A DNA stretch of 64,000 nt from Eutreptiella sp. 'Long Island Sound 2002' (lineage: Eukaryota > Protista > Euglenida): contig OZ038379.1 in the NCBI GenBank assembly GCA_964036045.1, forward strand, positions 65,162,001-65,226,000, given 5' to 3'. The number at the start of each line of letters is the position of its first letter. The first letter of the stretch is position 1. Shown in pieces: positions 1-14,270 of the stretch. The notes beneath the pieces are model-generated. The model saw only the letters and a list, made by a program, of their open reading frames with translations, had not been told where the DNA came from and made no database searches. The position numbers and the translations under genes are program-made.

Positions 1-3000
1 GGCTGCCTGTGAGCCCATCTTCTGCCGCTTGCGGGCTTTGCAGACACTCATCACTAAATACGACCCTCTCCTATTTCTGATGGGACGTGATGCTAGGCAA
101 TGCCATTGGCGTCCGCACTTTCGCCACATGGGGTTTCATGTTAAATTTTTTTTGCAAATGCAATGGCTCCTCTTTCGGGGGGTCTGTACATATAGAGGTA
201 GAGGGCAGTACTTGGATGCCATCCCATTGACATTGCTAAGCTGGTCAAAATATCAAGATGACCTGCCTGCATGTGCATGCGTGGAGTAAAAGCTTGCGAC
301 AAGCCTCTAACGTGTACAAACCGGGGTAATTATCTTACAATAGAGACAATATAGTGGTACATACACACGTGTACCATGTACCTCTATACGACTTTTTTTA
401 GCTTTTTCGGCCTCTTTCCCTCACAAATGCTGCACTTGTTGCCAGTCCCCAATATGGAATTGGCCGTGTATGAACTTTGTGTACTCCCTACTTTGGGCAC
501 TCCTAAGACGGCAAGGGTTAGGTAGCATGGGTGTGGTTGCCAGCTAGGAGCGACCCCAAGGGGGGTTGGGGGTGACCCCCCCCTCTATGGACCCCAAGGT
601 CGTTCAACGGAACAGTGGGTTTTGTGGGTCTTGGAGACAATATGCTGAACCGAGCTAAACAAAACCTATTGTGGAGCGTAAGTGCTTTGGGCACCAGATT
701 GGGCAAGACAAGGCAGTAAGCAAATGTTGTTCCTTCCTCATTGAAGATCCCGCCCACGAGCTCAGCCCTAGCTCGATATGGCAGTGCCGTAGTCTCTCCA
801 CCCCAAAGAGCGATGCTGTTAGCAGATCAATGTGCACGGAACTTTTTTGTTTTGGTGTATGTCTTTCCTAGATAGTGTACACTCAAGCGAATTACCCTCA
901 GCGTGCGGCACCTGCGGCGCACAATAAGCACTCCCCATCAAGGATCTCTGTAGACGACCCCCTGAAGGAATCACTCGCGCGACCTGCAAAGAATTGGCAC
1001 GCAAGATTCCCCAACAAGACCCCATGAAGGAATCCCTGATATCAAATACCCTCTACGTGCTGCCACCATAGGACATATGCTGAGGGTTTTGGGCAGCAAA
1101 GATCGATCAAAGGCTGCCAAAAATAGCTTGAGTCCGGTTGTTTTAGCATCCCAAATGATCTAAGATCAGTTTTGGAAAAATATTTTTTTATCCGTGATTG
1201 ATCTTATTTTGGTCTCAAAATGGCCCTGCTCAAGGTGTTTTGGGAATTTGCTTCGGCTAATGTGGGAAGAAAACAATTCACAAGAGGTGAAAGCCATTTT
1301 TTTATGTACACCAAGTGGTTTAGGAAAGATTTTGGAAGGAAATCATTCACTCCCACTTTTTGACCTACATGTGGCCCCCCTTGTGCACGTCACCATGTCA
1401 TTTTGCAAATGGACCAGTAGGAGATGTTAGCAGTGTGGAAATGGCCTACAAAGGTTCTCCATTCATCATTTGTCACCATAAGGGTGCCCAACGCAATTAA
1501 TGGCAGTCAAACTTACCGAAGGAAGGTGATATTTCAAAGCGTAGGCATCAAAGTTTTGTTTTCGAGGCTGGTTTTGGCCATTTTTGACCCCCTCAATGCG
1601 TCATTCGGCTCACTAGTTGGGTGCAACACAATGTCGTTGTCCATTATCTAATGCAAGTGGCCCTCTTTTGGCAACATCATAGATACCCAAAACAACCCAA
1701 AAAAGGCGTTTATGGCCATTGCTAGTAGATTCTCAAATCTGAATCCGCCGCTTGCAGTGCTCATTTCCGGGTGCCACTGTTGAGTTCGTTGGTTAAAGTC
1801 TATTGGATTGTAATTCATGCTCATACGCGTCATCCCCAAAGTTCCGGTGGAAACCTAACAGCCATGTTAGTGTTATGATTTCTGCCCATTTTGTGTGTCC
1901 TCGTACCTACATGCTTGCTAAAAGTGGTAGCTCATCCTCCACCCGAAAGGAGGTTAAAACCTTACTGGTTCTACCAACTTGACACTAACCTAATGAAGAT
2001 TGAACACGGGTATGCGTTTGGTCCGGCCCGCTTTTTTTTGCATGGGATATCGCATGCTTTATTTCCTAGCGACATGCAATTTTGTACTTTTTAGGTTGGC
2101 AAATGTGCATGATGCACTTCAAAATTTTCTTTCATTTTGGTATCCCCATTTTTCTGCTAAGGTGTGTGCCAAAGTGCTTGGCATGTTGCATGATGGTAAT
2201 GCCATACATCATGCATCCAATTGCACATGCTACGGCCCGCGTCTGGATGCACATGGCAGCACCCATTGCAGTGCCTGAATGGCCGCCTGCGACAAAGCCC
2301 GCGGGTGGACTCTGGCCATGTGTGTGCAAAAGTGCCCATTAAGCGTCGGGCAACCGAAGCAAAAGCAGCCACAAAAGTGGCTCAAAAAGTCCCCGCAGAG
2401 GTGTAGCACGGAGTACCTACAACAGTGCCCGCGAGAGTGTAGGTGAGGGCGCACACGGGCGGAACGCCCTTGGGTGCTTGCAACAGTGCCCGCAAAGCCC
2501 TAGTAGGATATCGAGGCGAAAAGAGCCACAAAGGTGCACACCTCTTGCCATGACTGCCATAGCTTGCCATAGCTTTTTTACATGTCAGCTAAGTCAATGA
2601 AGGTCACAATGGCATACCAAGACCACATTCATCACGAGATTGGCCCGCACACAAATTTGGTCGTGCAGACATACAACTTGGCGTGGAAGAAAAGTAGAAT
2701 GTTTGTTGTTTGTAAAGTGCACAATGCGCTTGCGTCCAGGGTCAAATGTAACCTTCTTATCTCTATTGCTTGCACCTCTAAATGGGCCCATAACCAGGGT
2801 TTGTTGGAACAGACCCTACATAATTTGAGTGCATTACCGTCTCTGAGTTCAGGCAGGCGCATGCAAGGGCATTCACACACTGTGGCTAACATTCCCTTAA
2901 AGACCTCCTTGGAACCTCAAAATGGGCGGCGATCACAAGGGTGCGCCTTGCTGTGGTCCCCAACATGCACCCCCAACCCAACCCACCATTTTGGGAAGTC

Positions 3001-3063
3001 AAAATACCGAGGAGGTGAGAACCGTATTCGGGACTGCAAGCACTACTTGCCATTGTCCCTCAC

Positions 3064-3065
3064 GT

Positions 3066-3119
<54 letters not shown>
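3064..3119. repeat. (GT)n microsatellite
   Basis: Direct read; sits at the PLE module junction. Confidence 0.95.
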
Positions 3120-3120
<1 letters not shown>

Positions 3121-4534
3121 CTCAGATGCACCATGCTTTCGCACTCAATGTGTTCGTAGTTTCATGATGCCAAATATGGCACACAAATTGTGTTATGGCA
3201 AGCACGAACATTTTTTCCAAGAAGCCAACGGATGCTTGGCACCATGGGTCTTGCCTCTGCGACCCGCAACAAACTTAGGCCACCCAACTTGGCGACTGTG
3301 TAAGGCCAGCAGAGCCAGCTTGGTGATTGGCACAGTTCTGTGCATGGCTGAAAGTGTTTGTGGTGGGGAGACTTGTCAGCAAAGTGGTTCCATAACCCGT
3401 GCTACCTTCGTGTTCCCCAAAGCGAGGAGTATGTTAGAAGTTGCTGCATAAACCATGCCGTCTGGGGTCCCCAAAACGGTGCCATGTGTGTGTCTGGCAC
3501 CACATGTCCCCCCCCCCCCCCCCGGACGGACCACGATTGGGTTGTCACTAGTAGCATGGTTTGTTCAATGTATGTCCCTTCCTACACCATGGATCTAATA
3601 GACACCAAAAATTGTTTTCGTTTTGGCTAAAGGATGCACAAAACAGAATACGACACAAAGTGATGAAATGTCCTCTTGTCATATCATGCAAGATGGAAGC
3701 ACCACCAATATTGGAGCTTCCCGCCAACCTCCGAGATATGGAGATTCCACTCAAAGGCATGAGCAATGTCATTGTTTTAACCAAATTATATGTCCCCCAA
3801 AAAGTCTCTGAGGACATACACACTTGTGCCATCGGGTGCAATACGGGTGGGGCGAGGCACTACTCTCGTTACTTGCTCCTCACCACCTCAATATTTTGAC
3901 TTCCCAAAAGGGTGGGTTGCGTTGGGGGTGCATGTTGGGGCCCACGGCAAGGCGCACCCGTGTGATGACGGCCCATTTCATGTTTCCCAGGAGGTCTTCA
4001 AGGGACTGTTAGTCAAGGTGTGTCAATGCCCTTGCATGCGCCTGTCCGACCTCAAAGATGGTAGTGCACTCGAATTATGATGGGTCTCTTCCAACAAACC
4101 CTTGTTATGGACCCATTTTGAAGTGCAAGCAATACAAAACAAAGCTTGCATTTGAGCTTGACACAGGAGCCTTGTGCAATTTACAAACATGAAGCATTCT
4201 ACTTTGCTCTCACGCCGATTTGTATTTCTGCATGACCAAATTTGCGCCGGGCCCAATCTCGTGATGAATGTGGTCTTGGTATGCCATTGTGACCTTCATT
4301 GACTTGACTGACATGCAAACAACCTATGGCAAGCTATGGGAGTCATGGCAAGAGGCGGGTTGAGTTGCTTCCGGCATGTGCATGGCAAAGAAACAGATTC
4401 TTTTTTTAATTCGTGACCAAAGTTCCGCCAACTGTCCACTGAGAGTACACAAATTAGGTCACTTGTCAGTGCGAAGGCCGGTTTCGGAATTGGATCAGGT
4501 ATGAGTCAACTCAATCAAGATAGTTGCTGCGTGA

Positions 4535-7500
4535 CCCGAATGAAGCAGTGCTGAAGGAGGTTGTGGCCGAAAATCGCGCCCCGATGGTTGCAGATGTCAA
4601 AAACAGAGGTCAAGGGCACCCATTGGTCTCACTTACATGTGAGGAGGCCCGTGAGCACTGGGAGAAGTCTATGATACATGACACCAAACCTCGTCCGGAA
4701 GATTCTATTGATGGTGTTTTTGACGTTGCCAGTAAGATCCTAGGTGGACCGAGAGTCCAATAGGGAATGTCTGCAATTTACTCCAAACCTTGATTACCAC
4801 GTTCGATCTACATTGGATGTATGTACAAAAAAGGCATACCTACCGCATAAGGCCAAGGCCCCCCCGCAGCATGGTGGCACATCCAGGATAAATGGAGAGC
4901 TGAAATCAATCAGGCATCTCAGAATAATATACCCCAGTCCCTTGTATCAATTTGGGGGGGCTAATAGCATCCACGTTTGGAAAGGGGCAAAGGTCTAGCC
5001 AATGGGGGATAGATGTGCGAAGATATGGGCTGATGCGAGTTAGCCGTACTTCCAGTCCCCTAAGAAAAAGCAACAATAAGCGGGATGTGTCCCTAGGTTG
5101 ATGAAGATTGCAGTGCGGGTAAGTCCTAGAAGAAAAAGAAACGAGAGGCTAATGTGACCACAATGAGACAAAATGTGTCCACTTTGTGCTGAAATGGGCT
5201 GCTAGCAGGTAAATTGTAGTTGACTGAGCTGTAATAAAGCAAAGTGAGGAGTGAATAAGAGTCCACAAGTCGCGAAAAGCTACACAAAAAGGTGAAAAGA
5301 CATGTTGACCTAATAGCGACTAAAACTAAACCATGCCCTGTTCGAGAATGAGGTGCATTTTTGGGGAATGTGCAAACATGATGGAAAAAATGAAGTCAAA
5401 TCTTGGGGGCTCTGAGCGTCGTTGCTTTCAAGAGGGCGCTAAGGCATCCTCCACGTATTCTACATTGTGTCTGTCCAACTTTTGTGGTATGAAACTGCAC
5501 AACACATACTTCATGTTGGGCACATCTACAAGACTATCACAAAAGTCAACAAGGTTCAGTGTCAATTCGTGCTTAGAAGAGAGGGATAAAGTGCCCACAG
5601 AAAGGAGAGGAAAGTACGGACATGCGCTATAGCCCTTTAACCAACATACTAGCATCAGTGTCTACGGGGTCAACCTAAACCATACCTAGATCTTTGAGGA
5701 CGGGAGGAAGATGACTCCTTAAAGAACCGAAAATGTCCTGGAATGAGAATTTTACCGTGTGTGAAGACTTGATGAAGCAAAATGTCAGGAGGCAAAATGA
5801 CTGCTACCTATTTTTGGAATGAAGTTAGTATGTAAAGTCGTTCCTTGAGCTCAATTGTGCGCCCCGGTGCTTTAGTTCGCAAGCGTCCAACAAATTATAG
5901 GAAGTTGTTGGCCCTATAAATTATGCATCGTGATGGAACGATCTCGCCCTAAATTCGGGGCATGCAGCCGGTGGAAGGGTGGCAGATGGGGCTTTACTGT
6001 TTGTATATAAGGGATAGACACCAAATAGTCCTGTATTTACAGTGGCGGCGGCATCCATCGACTTGGGTAACGCCAATGTTTGAAGTGAATCGCACAAGAC
6101 ACTCCGAACCACCGTGTTTTTTACTTGTATGTGGCTCACATTGGACGGTGCGAAAATTCCCACAAAGCCTAAAGACCTCGGAGGTTGTTGTTAGCAGGTC
6201 CCAGAGCCTCTATATCATGGTGGTCTGAACGAATGAGGCCCTGAGTTCATGCAACCCTCGTGATTTCAAAGAAAATGCAAGATTCCTCGTCCTGGATCTC
6301 AACTTTGGCCTTAGCATCAAGGCGTATGAAGATGAATGCTGAGTTTCTGGCGTCCTCTCTAGTACGGACGGGACTACAAGGAGTTGCTTTAGGGGGGAAT
6401 GTTGCTGCGCACCGTTTTTGCATTTACAATTGCCTCCATCTGCATGAGTTACCAAACGTCAAAAGGTACACAGAGTAACAAAGGAAAGATTGCCCAAGAT
6501 CGGCATGAATGGGGCGTGCTTTTGGCTTTCTTTTTGGACGCAGCGGCACACTCTGTGGGCTACGGCCGCTTTGCTGCGATGCATCCGCCGAACAAAGACC
6601 AAAGAAAAAGGATTTGGCTTCAAAGTATCGAACTTTTTCAGCATTCCACATCATGATAGATTCACGAATAATGAAGATTGGATGAAGGAGAATGAAATTG
6701 TTCGGAGGCCGAGAGCACTCTCATTGAAATAGGTGGTAGGCTACAGCTTCTAAGGAAGTTGGACATGCAAGATTTTCGAGCCTACACCCTTGTGCCGTGG
6801 CGTCCAATGCCATGGCGCGCTGGAATTGACCATTGTTAGTGCAATTAGACCGCCGGCGCTTGTTGCCTCACGAGCATGTCAACATTGAGGACAAGCCCGA
6901 AAACATGCGACCAGGAACCTGTCTTGCGTGGCGCGTGTACCGCTTGGGCAGTGTAATGAGCTACAAAACTCGAAGCTTGCTTCTCCTTTGGCTCCAGGGC
7001 TGGCCCCACCTCAAGAGAGGGGATCGGCGGATCAGCCCCGGACTGTAGCGGATGAGGGCCAAAGAAGGCTGGATCTATTCACCACCGGTCTTCGTTCGTC
7101 GCTCTCGATTTCTGTTTCTATTTGGAACAAGCAATCCATCAAGATAACATGATGCGAATGGTGCTTCTTCAAGAAGTCGATAAACCCCTTAGTTTATCCA
7201 TGAATAAAAGAATGTGCTGGTTACCAGCCATTGTGGCTGAAATTGGACCCCTTCCTATCACATGAAAATTGCAATTTGTCATTTGGGTTTTGTCGCGGCT
7301 CAAGTGTCATCCTCAGATCCCTATTCACCCCTTCGATGACTCAAACGGCCGGTATTTTTGAGGAATAATTAAGGGGTTGAACTCTCTCCTTCGTGGACCG
7401 AATTTGTTTTCAAAAGCCAAACGAGTGAAACCCCAATTGCCCTGTTTACATCCACAGGTATCCCGCACCCGTTGTCTCCTAGCCGCTAGGGGACGGCAGA

Positions 7501-7786
7501 TAGCCCTTTGCACAGTGGACGAAGCTTATAATCTCCGTCCAGAGTGGTTTCCGATCTTTGAAGTGAACTTAGATTGTCCACTTTAAAGTTGTGTCCCAAG
7601 GGAAATGGACTTTGGGAGAAGGAAGTGGTGGCGGAACATGCCACTACATAATCCCCTGCAAAGAGCCCCTGCAACAATGATTCGCTGTTTATGGACACAA
7701 AGGAGGGGTCGGATACAACTGTTTCGAAATTAATTAATAAAATCTGGATGATTGGCTTTGGGTCCATAATCAAGGGTGAAAATAGT
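4535..7786 (-). mobile_element. Unrelated ~3.25-kb insert with possible second PLE-type RT remnant
   Basis: Interrupts the array. Minus-strand peptide HIQVKNT..SLQTLALPKS..FGVYPLYTN (ORF 5921-6163) resembles the PLE RT region YIKNT..L..L.LP..DV.SLYTN; no intact YxDD seen. Confidence 0.35.
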
Positions 7787-10700
7787 GGACCGTATTCGGT
7801 ACTGCAAGCACTACTTGCCATTGTCCTTCATGTGTGGTGTCTATGTGTGTGTGTGTGTGTGTGTGTGTTCTCACATACACCATGCTTCCGCACTCAATAT
7901 CTTCGCACTTTCATGATGCCACATATGGCATACAAATTGTGTTACATCAAGCACGATCATTTTTTCCAAGAAGCAGATGGATGCTTCGCACCATGGGTCC
8001 TGCCTGTGCGGCGCGCCACAAACTTAGAATATCCAGCTTGGCAAGTAAGGCGAGCAGAGCTAGCTTGGTGATTGACACAGATCTGTTCATGGCTGAAAGC
8101 GCCTGTGGTGGGGACACTTGTGAGCAAAGCGGTTCCATAACCCGTGATGCCTTGAGGCTCCCCAAAGCGAGGAGTATGTTAGAAGTCGAGGCATCACCCA
8201 TGCCGTCCGGGGTCCCCAAAACGGTGCCATGTGTGTGTGTGTGGCACCACGTGTCCGCCCCCCCCGCCCGGACGGACCACCATTGGGTTGTCCCCATCCA
8301 AAAGATACCTGCAAACTATTAGCATGGTGTGTTCAATGTGTGACCCTTCCTTAACCATGGATCTGATAGATAGCAAAAATTGTACTCGCTTTGGTTCAAG
8401 GGTGCACACAGAAACATGACATCTATCTTTGCTATGCGGTGCAAGATCGAAGGACCACCATTATTGGAGGTGCCCGCCGACCTCCGAGATACGGAGATCC
8501 CACTCAAAGACATGGGAATGTCATCGTTTTAACTAGAGTATATCTCCCCCAAGAAGTCCGGGAGGACGTACATACCTATGCCATCGCGGCAATAGGGCTG
8601 CGGCAACGCACAAGACTCTTTCCTCGCACCACCCCACCGCGGCTAGCATCATTGAGTTAGCTTATACCTAATCCACATCCGAAACCGGCCCTCTCACTGA
8701 CCCGTGACCTACTTTGTGTACTCCCAAGGGACACTTGGCGGAACTTCGGTCACGAGTTAAAAAAGATGTTTCTTCGCCATGCAAATGTAGGAAGCAACTC
8801 ACCCCGCCTCTTCCATGACTGCCATAGCATGACATACCTGTTTCACCTGCTACTGAAATCAATGAAGGTCACCATGGCACACTAAGACCACGTTCATCAC
8901 GATATTGCGCCACACGCAAATTTGGTGCAGACATACAAATTGGCGTGGAAGTAAAGTAGAATGTTTCTTTGTAAATTCCACAAGGCTCGTGTGTCAAGGC
9001 TCAAATATAACCTTTTTTTTTGATATTGCTTGCACTTGAAAATTGGCCCATACCAAGGGTTTGTTGGAAAAGATCCGACATGATTCGAGTGTATTACAGT
9101 CTTTGAGTTCAAGGAGGCACATGCAAGGGCATCCACACACCTTGGCTAACAGTCCCTTAAAGACCCGCTGGGAAGCTCCAAATGGGCGGTCATCATGGGG
9201 GTGCGCCTTGCCGTGGTCCCCAACATGCACCTCCAACGTACCCACACTTTTGGGAGCTACAAATATTGAGGAGGTGAGGACCGTATTCGGTAATGCAAGC
9301 ACTCCTAGCCATTGTCTTTCATGTGTGATGTCTGTGTGTATGTGTGTGTTCTCACATACACCATGCTTCTGCACTCAATATGTTCGCACCTTCATGATGC
9401 CAAATATGGCACGCAAATTGTTTTACGGCAAGAACCTACATTTTTTCCAAGAAGCAGATGGATGCTAAGCACCATGGGTCCTGCCTATGCGACCCGCAAA
9501 AGACTTGGACCACCCAACTTGGCGAGTGTGTAAGCCCAGCAGAGCCAGCTTGGTGATTGCCAGAGGTTTGTTCATGGCTGAAAGTGTCTGTGGTGGGGAC
9601 ACTTGTGAGCAAAGTGGCTCCATAACCCGTGCTGCCTTGGGGATCCCCAAAGCGACGAGTATGTCAGAAGTCACTCCATAACCCATGCCGTCCGAGGTTC
9701 CCAAAACGGTGCCATGTGTGCCTGTGTGGCACCATGGATGCCCCCCCCCCCCCCCGGACAGACCACCATTGGATGGTGGATACCTCCAAAAAAGTAGCAT
9801 GGTGTGCTGAATGTACGTCCCTTCCTCAACCATGGATGTCATGCACAGCAAAAATTGTACTTGCTTTGGCTGAAAGATGCACAAAGAATATAGGACACAA
9901 AGTGATGAAATGTTTTTTTGCCATGCGTTGCAAAATACGAGGACCACCCATATTGCAGGTCCCCGCCGACCTCGAGATATGGTGATCCCACTCAAAGACA
10001 TGGGCAATGTCATCATTTTGGCTGGATTGTATGTCCCCCAAGCAGTCCGCGAGGGCTTACACAGGTGTGCAATCGGGGCCATAGGAATCGGACAAGGCAC
10101 AGGACTCCTTCCTCCCTGAACCCCACCCCAGCTAGCTTGAATGAGTTTGGTCGTACCTAATCCACATCCGAAACGGACCGTGTCACTCACACATGACGTG
10201 CTTTGTGTACTCTCAATGGACACTTGGTGAAGCTTCATTCATGGGTTAAAAAAAAGTACTTTCTTTGCCATGCAAATTTATGAAGCAACTCACCCCGCCT
10301 CTTGCCATGACTGCCATAGCTTGCCATAGCTTTTTTACATGTCAGTCAAGTCAATGAAGGTCACAACGGCATACTAAAACCACGTTCATCACGAGATTGG
10401 CCCCCACGCAAATTTGGTCATGCAGACATACAAATTGGCGTGGAAATAAAGTAGAATGTTTCTTCTTTGTAAATTGCACAAGTCTCTTGTGTCAGGGGTC
10501 AAATGTAACCTTTTTTATTACATTTCTTGCACTTCAAATTGGGCCCATAACAAGGGTTTGTTGGAAGAGACCCTACATGATTCAAGTGCATTATTGTATT
10601 TCAGTTCAGGCAGGCACATGCAAGGGCATCCACAAACCTTGGCTAACAATTCCTTGAAGACTGGCATTGAAACTCGAACTGGGCGGTCACCACACGGGTG

Positions 10701-11452
10701 CGCCTTGCGGTGGTCCCCAACATGCACCCCCAACGCAACCCACCCTTTTGGGAACTCAAAATGCTGAGGAGGTGAGGACCATATTCGGTAATGCAAGTAT
10801 CCCCAGCCATTGTCCTTCATGTGTGATGTCAGTCTATGTGGGTGTGTGTGTGTTATTCCCACGCGTAGTGTCCCCTTCGAAATATTTCCCAAGGGTGGTG
10901 TTTGCTCAATAGCCTTACATGCCAAACATATGAGTCCAGATTATCACACCTTGCAAGCACAACATCACTTCTGCAGCTTGGTGGTGGGAGGGTGGTTCCC
11001 ATTTCATATTCAACGCAGATTCCTCGGCCATCCCTCAACAAACTAGACGGTACCAGCCTCTGGTACTCCCCGTATTGCTGTTCCGTTGTTTAGCACTACC
11101 CGTTGAGATGTATACAAGGCACGCCTCCGTGGCAACTTTGTGGCGATGTGGCGGGACGCATGTCCGCAAAATTTCCTAATCCAGATTGACAGCTCCATAT
11201 GGTTGTGGTCTGAATGGGACATTAGTCAATTCTTTGTGTACACCTTGCGGGAAGGCGGTTCACCAATACTTTGGTATAATGAAGCGGCCCCTCAGTGCCT
11301 GATAGCTGTGCAACACCAACGGCTATCCGCTTTATTTCATAAGTACGGTATGGCGCAGGTCCCAATGCCAGAAACCCCACCTAACCAAGACGCATTTTGG
11401 TTTCCCTCCGAGTACCGATTTAGTGCGCACTGGCGTACACTAATTTAGGTAA

Positions 11453-12328
11453 GTGGGCCCACCTCTGACAATACAGTATGCCATACCGGCCATACGAAGG
11501 GCACACTACTCTGCGCCTCTTGCGACGAAAATCGTTCACGGGGAGCAAGTATTTGAACGTGTCACCACCACATTTCGTCATTTACGTATGTGTAAACCTG
11601 CGCATAGGGGGGTCTACGTTGGTCAGCCCACAAAAACCCCAATGCAGCGCTTGCGTAAACACTACAGTGACGCACACACGCGCAGCTACAGTGCCACGTT
11701 TCACTCCCTTATCTTGCTAACGGAATTCGCGGACTAGGTAAACATACTTGTCTAGTATACAGAAACACTTTTGCAAACGGGTCTGGCTGTGCGCAGGTGG
11801 TTGTCCGAGTTGAAAACGTGGGTTGTAAATGATGTAGCCCCGGGTATGTGTGAATCTGACACTAGCAACAAGGTCCGGTCCTACCCGTCCCACCGCATTC
11901 TGTCTACGGTTAGAGAAATTCGTGTGGCGAAAAAACTGAAGGACTTCTCACAGATAAAAGTACTAGAGTCCACACTGCGTCAAGCCGGTGAATCTATGTG
12001 CCTTCCTTTGCATTAATCCGGTGTGATCATCGTCCCAAATCTCACATCAATACAACAGACTACAATAACAAACGTGTTGCGCCGGACAATAAAGTCCGGC
12101 GACTTGCGCCCGTTTGAGCGACAAGCCCTAAAGCACACCTTACGCATTGTGCACCCTAGTTCACATTCAGTGCGATCCGTACCTGAGGCGGCAACCATGA
12201 AGCAGTGCCGGTCAACCGGTAGGCCACAATGCAACTGCCTCATTTTTGCTCTCGTCACAGCACAATTTGGTTCACCACGTCTTTTGGACTACCATGTCGT
12301 GGAAAAATACAAATTGGCCTTCAAATAA
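11453..12328 (+). pseudogene. GIY-YIG endonuclease + CxC linker relic, copy 1
   Basis: GVYVGQPTKTPMQRLRKH at 11609 onward, RRWLSELKTWVVND, then GRPQCNC (CNC 12230-12238), all in one frame broken by TAG 11735, TAG ~11753 and TAA 12014. Confidence 0.75.
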
Positions 12329-13378
12329 AGTAGAATGTTTCTTGTTTGTAAATTGCACAAGGCTCCTCTGTCAAGCTGCAATGTAAGATTTACTTATATT
12401 TTTTGCACTTCAAAATGGGCCCATAACAAGGGTTTGTTGGAAGAGACCCTGCATAATTCGAGTGCACTACCGTCTTTGAGTTCAGGCGGGCGCATGCAAG
12501 GGCAGCCACACGCCTTGGCTATTAGTCACCTTAAGACCTGCTTGGAAGCTCGAAGTGGGCCATCGTCACAGGGGTGCGCCCTGCTGTGGTCCCCAACATG
12601 AACCCCCAACCTAACCCACCCCTTTGAGAAGTTAGAATATTTAGGAGCTGAGGACCGTATTCGGTAATGCAAGCATTTCCAGCCATTGTCCTTCATGTGT
12701 AATGTCTATGTGTGTGTATGTGTGTGTGTGTATGTATTATTCCCACACGCAATGTCCCCTTCAGAATATATCCCAAGGGTGGCGTTTGCTCAATAGCCTT
12801 ACATGCCAAACAAACGAGTCCAGATTATCATACACTGCAAGCACAACATCACTTCTGCAGCTTGCTGGTGGGAGGGTGGTTCCCCGTTCAAACTTGGCGC
12901 AGATTCCTCGGCCATCCCTCTACGTGCAGCAACGCTTGTGCCACAAACTAGATGGTACTAGTCTCTGGTACTCCCTGTATTGTTGTTCCTTTGTTCAGCA
13001 CTACCCGTTGTGATATATACAAGGCACGCCTCCGAGTGGCCAATGTGTGGCGGTGTGGTGGGACGCATGTCCGCAAATTTTCCTAATCCCGACTTGCACC
13101 CCCCTATGGTTGTGGTCTAAACGGGACGATGATTTGAGTTCTTTGTGTACTACCCTAGCCTCGTATGGCACCTTGCGGGAAGGTGGTTCACCAATACTTT
13201 GGTATAATGAAGCGGCCCGTCAGTGCTTGACAGCTATGCAACACCAACGGTTGTTCGCTTTATTTCAGAAGTACGGTACGGCACAGGTCCCAATGCCAGA
13301 AACCCCACGTGCCAGACACATTTTGGTTTCCCTCCGAGTACCGATTGAGCGCGCGCTGGCGGACACTGCTTTAGGTAA

Positions 13379-14270
13379 GTGGGCCCAACGCTTGCAGTAC
13401 AGTGTGCCATACCGGCCATACACATAGCACCCCACTCTGCGCCGGTGGCGACGAAAATCGTTCATCGGGAGCTAGCATTTGAACGTGTCACCACCACATT
13501 TTGTCATTTAGCTCGGTGTATCCTTGTGCACAGGGGGGGGTCTACGTGGGTCTCACCACAAAAACCTCAATGCAGCGCCTGCGTAAACACTATAGTGACG
13601 CACACGCACACACAAACAGTGCCACATTTCACTCCCTTATTTTGCTAACTGAATTCGCGGACTAGGTAACCATACTTGTCCCGTACACAGAAACGCTTTT
13701 CTAGACAGGTCTGATTGAGCGCGCGTGGTGGTCCGAGTTGAAAATGTGGGCTGTAAATGATGTGCCGCTGGGTATAGGTGAATCTGACACTAGGAACAAG
13801 GTCCGGTCCTACCCGTCCCACCGCATTCTGTCTACGGTTAGAGAAATTCGTGTGGCGAAAAAACTGAAGGACTTCTCACGGGTAAATGTACTAGAGTCCA
13901 CACTGCGTCAAGCCGGTGAATCTATGTGCCTTCCTTTGCATTAATCCGGTGTGATCATCGTCCCAAATCTCACATCAATACAACAGACTACAATAACAAA
14001 TAACAAATCACAAACGTGTTGCGCCGGACAATAAAGTCCGGCGACTTGCGCCCGTTTGAGCGACAAGCCCTAAAGCACACCTTACGCATTGTCCACTCAA
14101 GTCCACATTCAGTGCGATCCGTACCTGAGGCGGCAACCATGAAGCAGTGCCGGTCAGCCGGTAGGCCACAATGCAAGTGCTCCATTTTTGCTAACGTCGC
14201 AGTACAGTTTGGTTCACCACGTCCTTTAGACCGCCATGTCGTGGAAAAACACAAATTGGCCTGGAAGTAA
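13379..14270 (+). pseudogene. GIY-YIG endonuclease + CxC linker relic, copy 2
   Basis: Near-copy of 11453-12328 offset by ~1.93 kb; ERAWWSELKMWAVND; GRPQCKC (14172-14180); frameshift in the G-run before the YVG motif. Confidence 0.7.

Noticed and set aside
600-2000. Possible decayed non-LTR retrotransposon C-terminus on the minus strand (CLLC motif, coding-like stretches)
   Set aside because: Too many stops and no diagnostic motif that I could recognise; needs a translated search.
2582-3451. 289-aa ORF (and 250-aa ORF 14637-15389) as functional genes
   Set aside because: They run through (GT)n tracts giving poly-CV, and sister copies have stops and frameshifts at different places; treated as retroelement relics.
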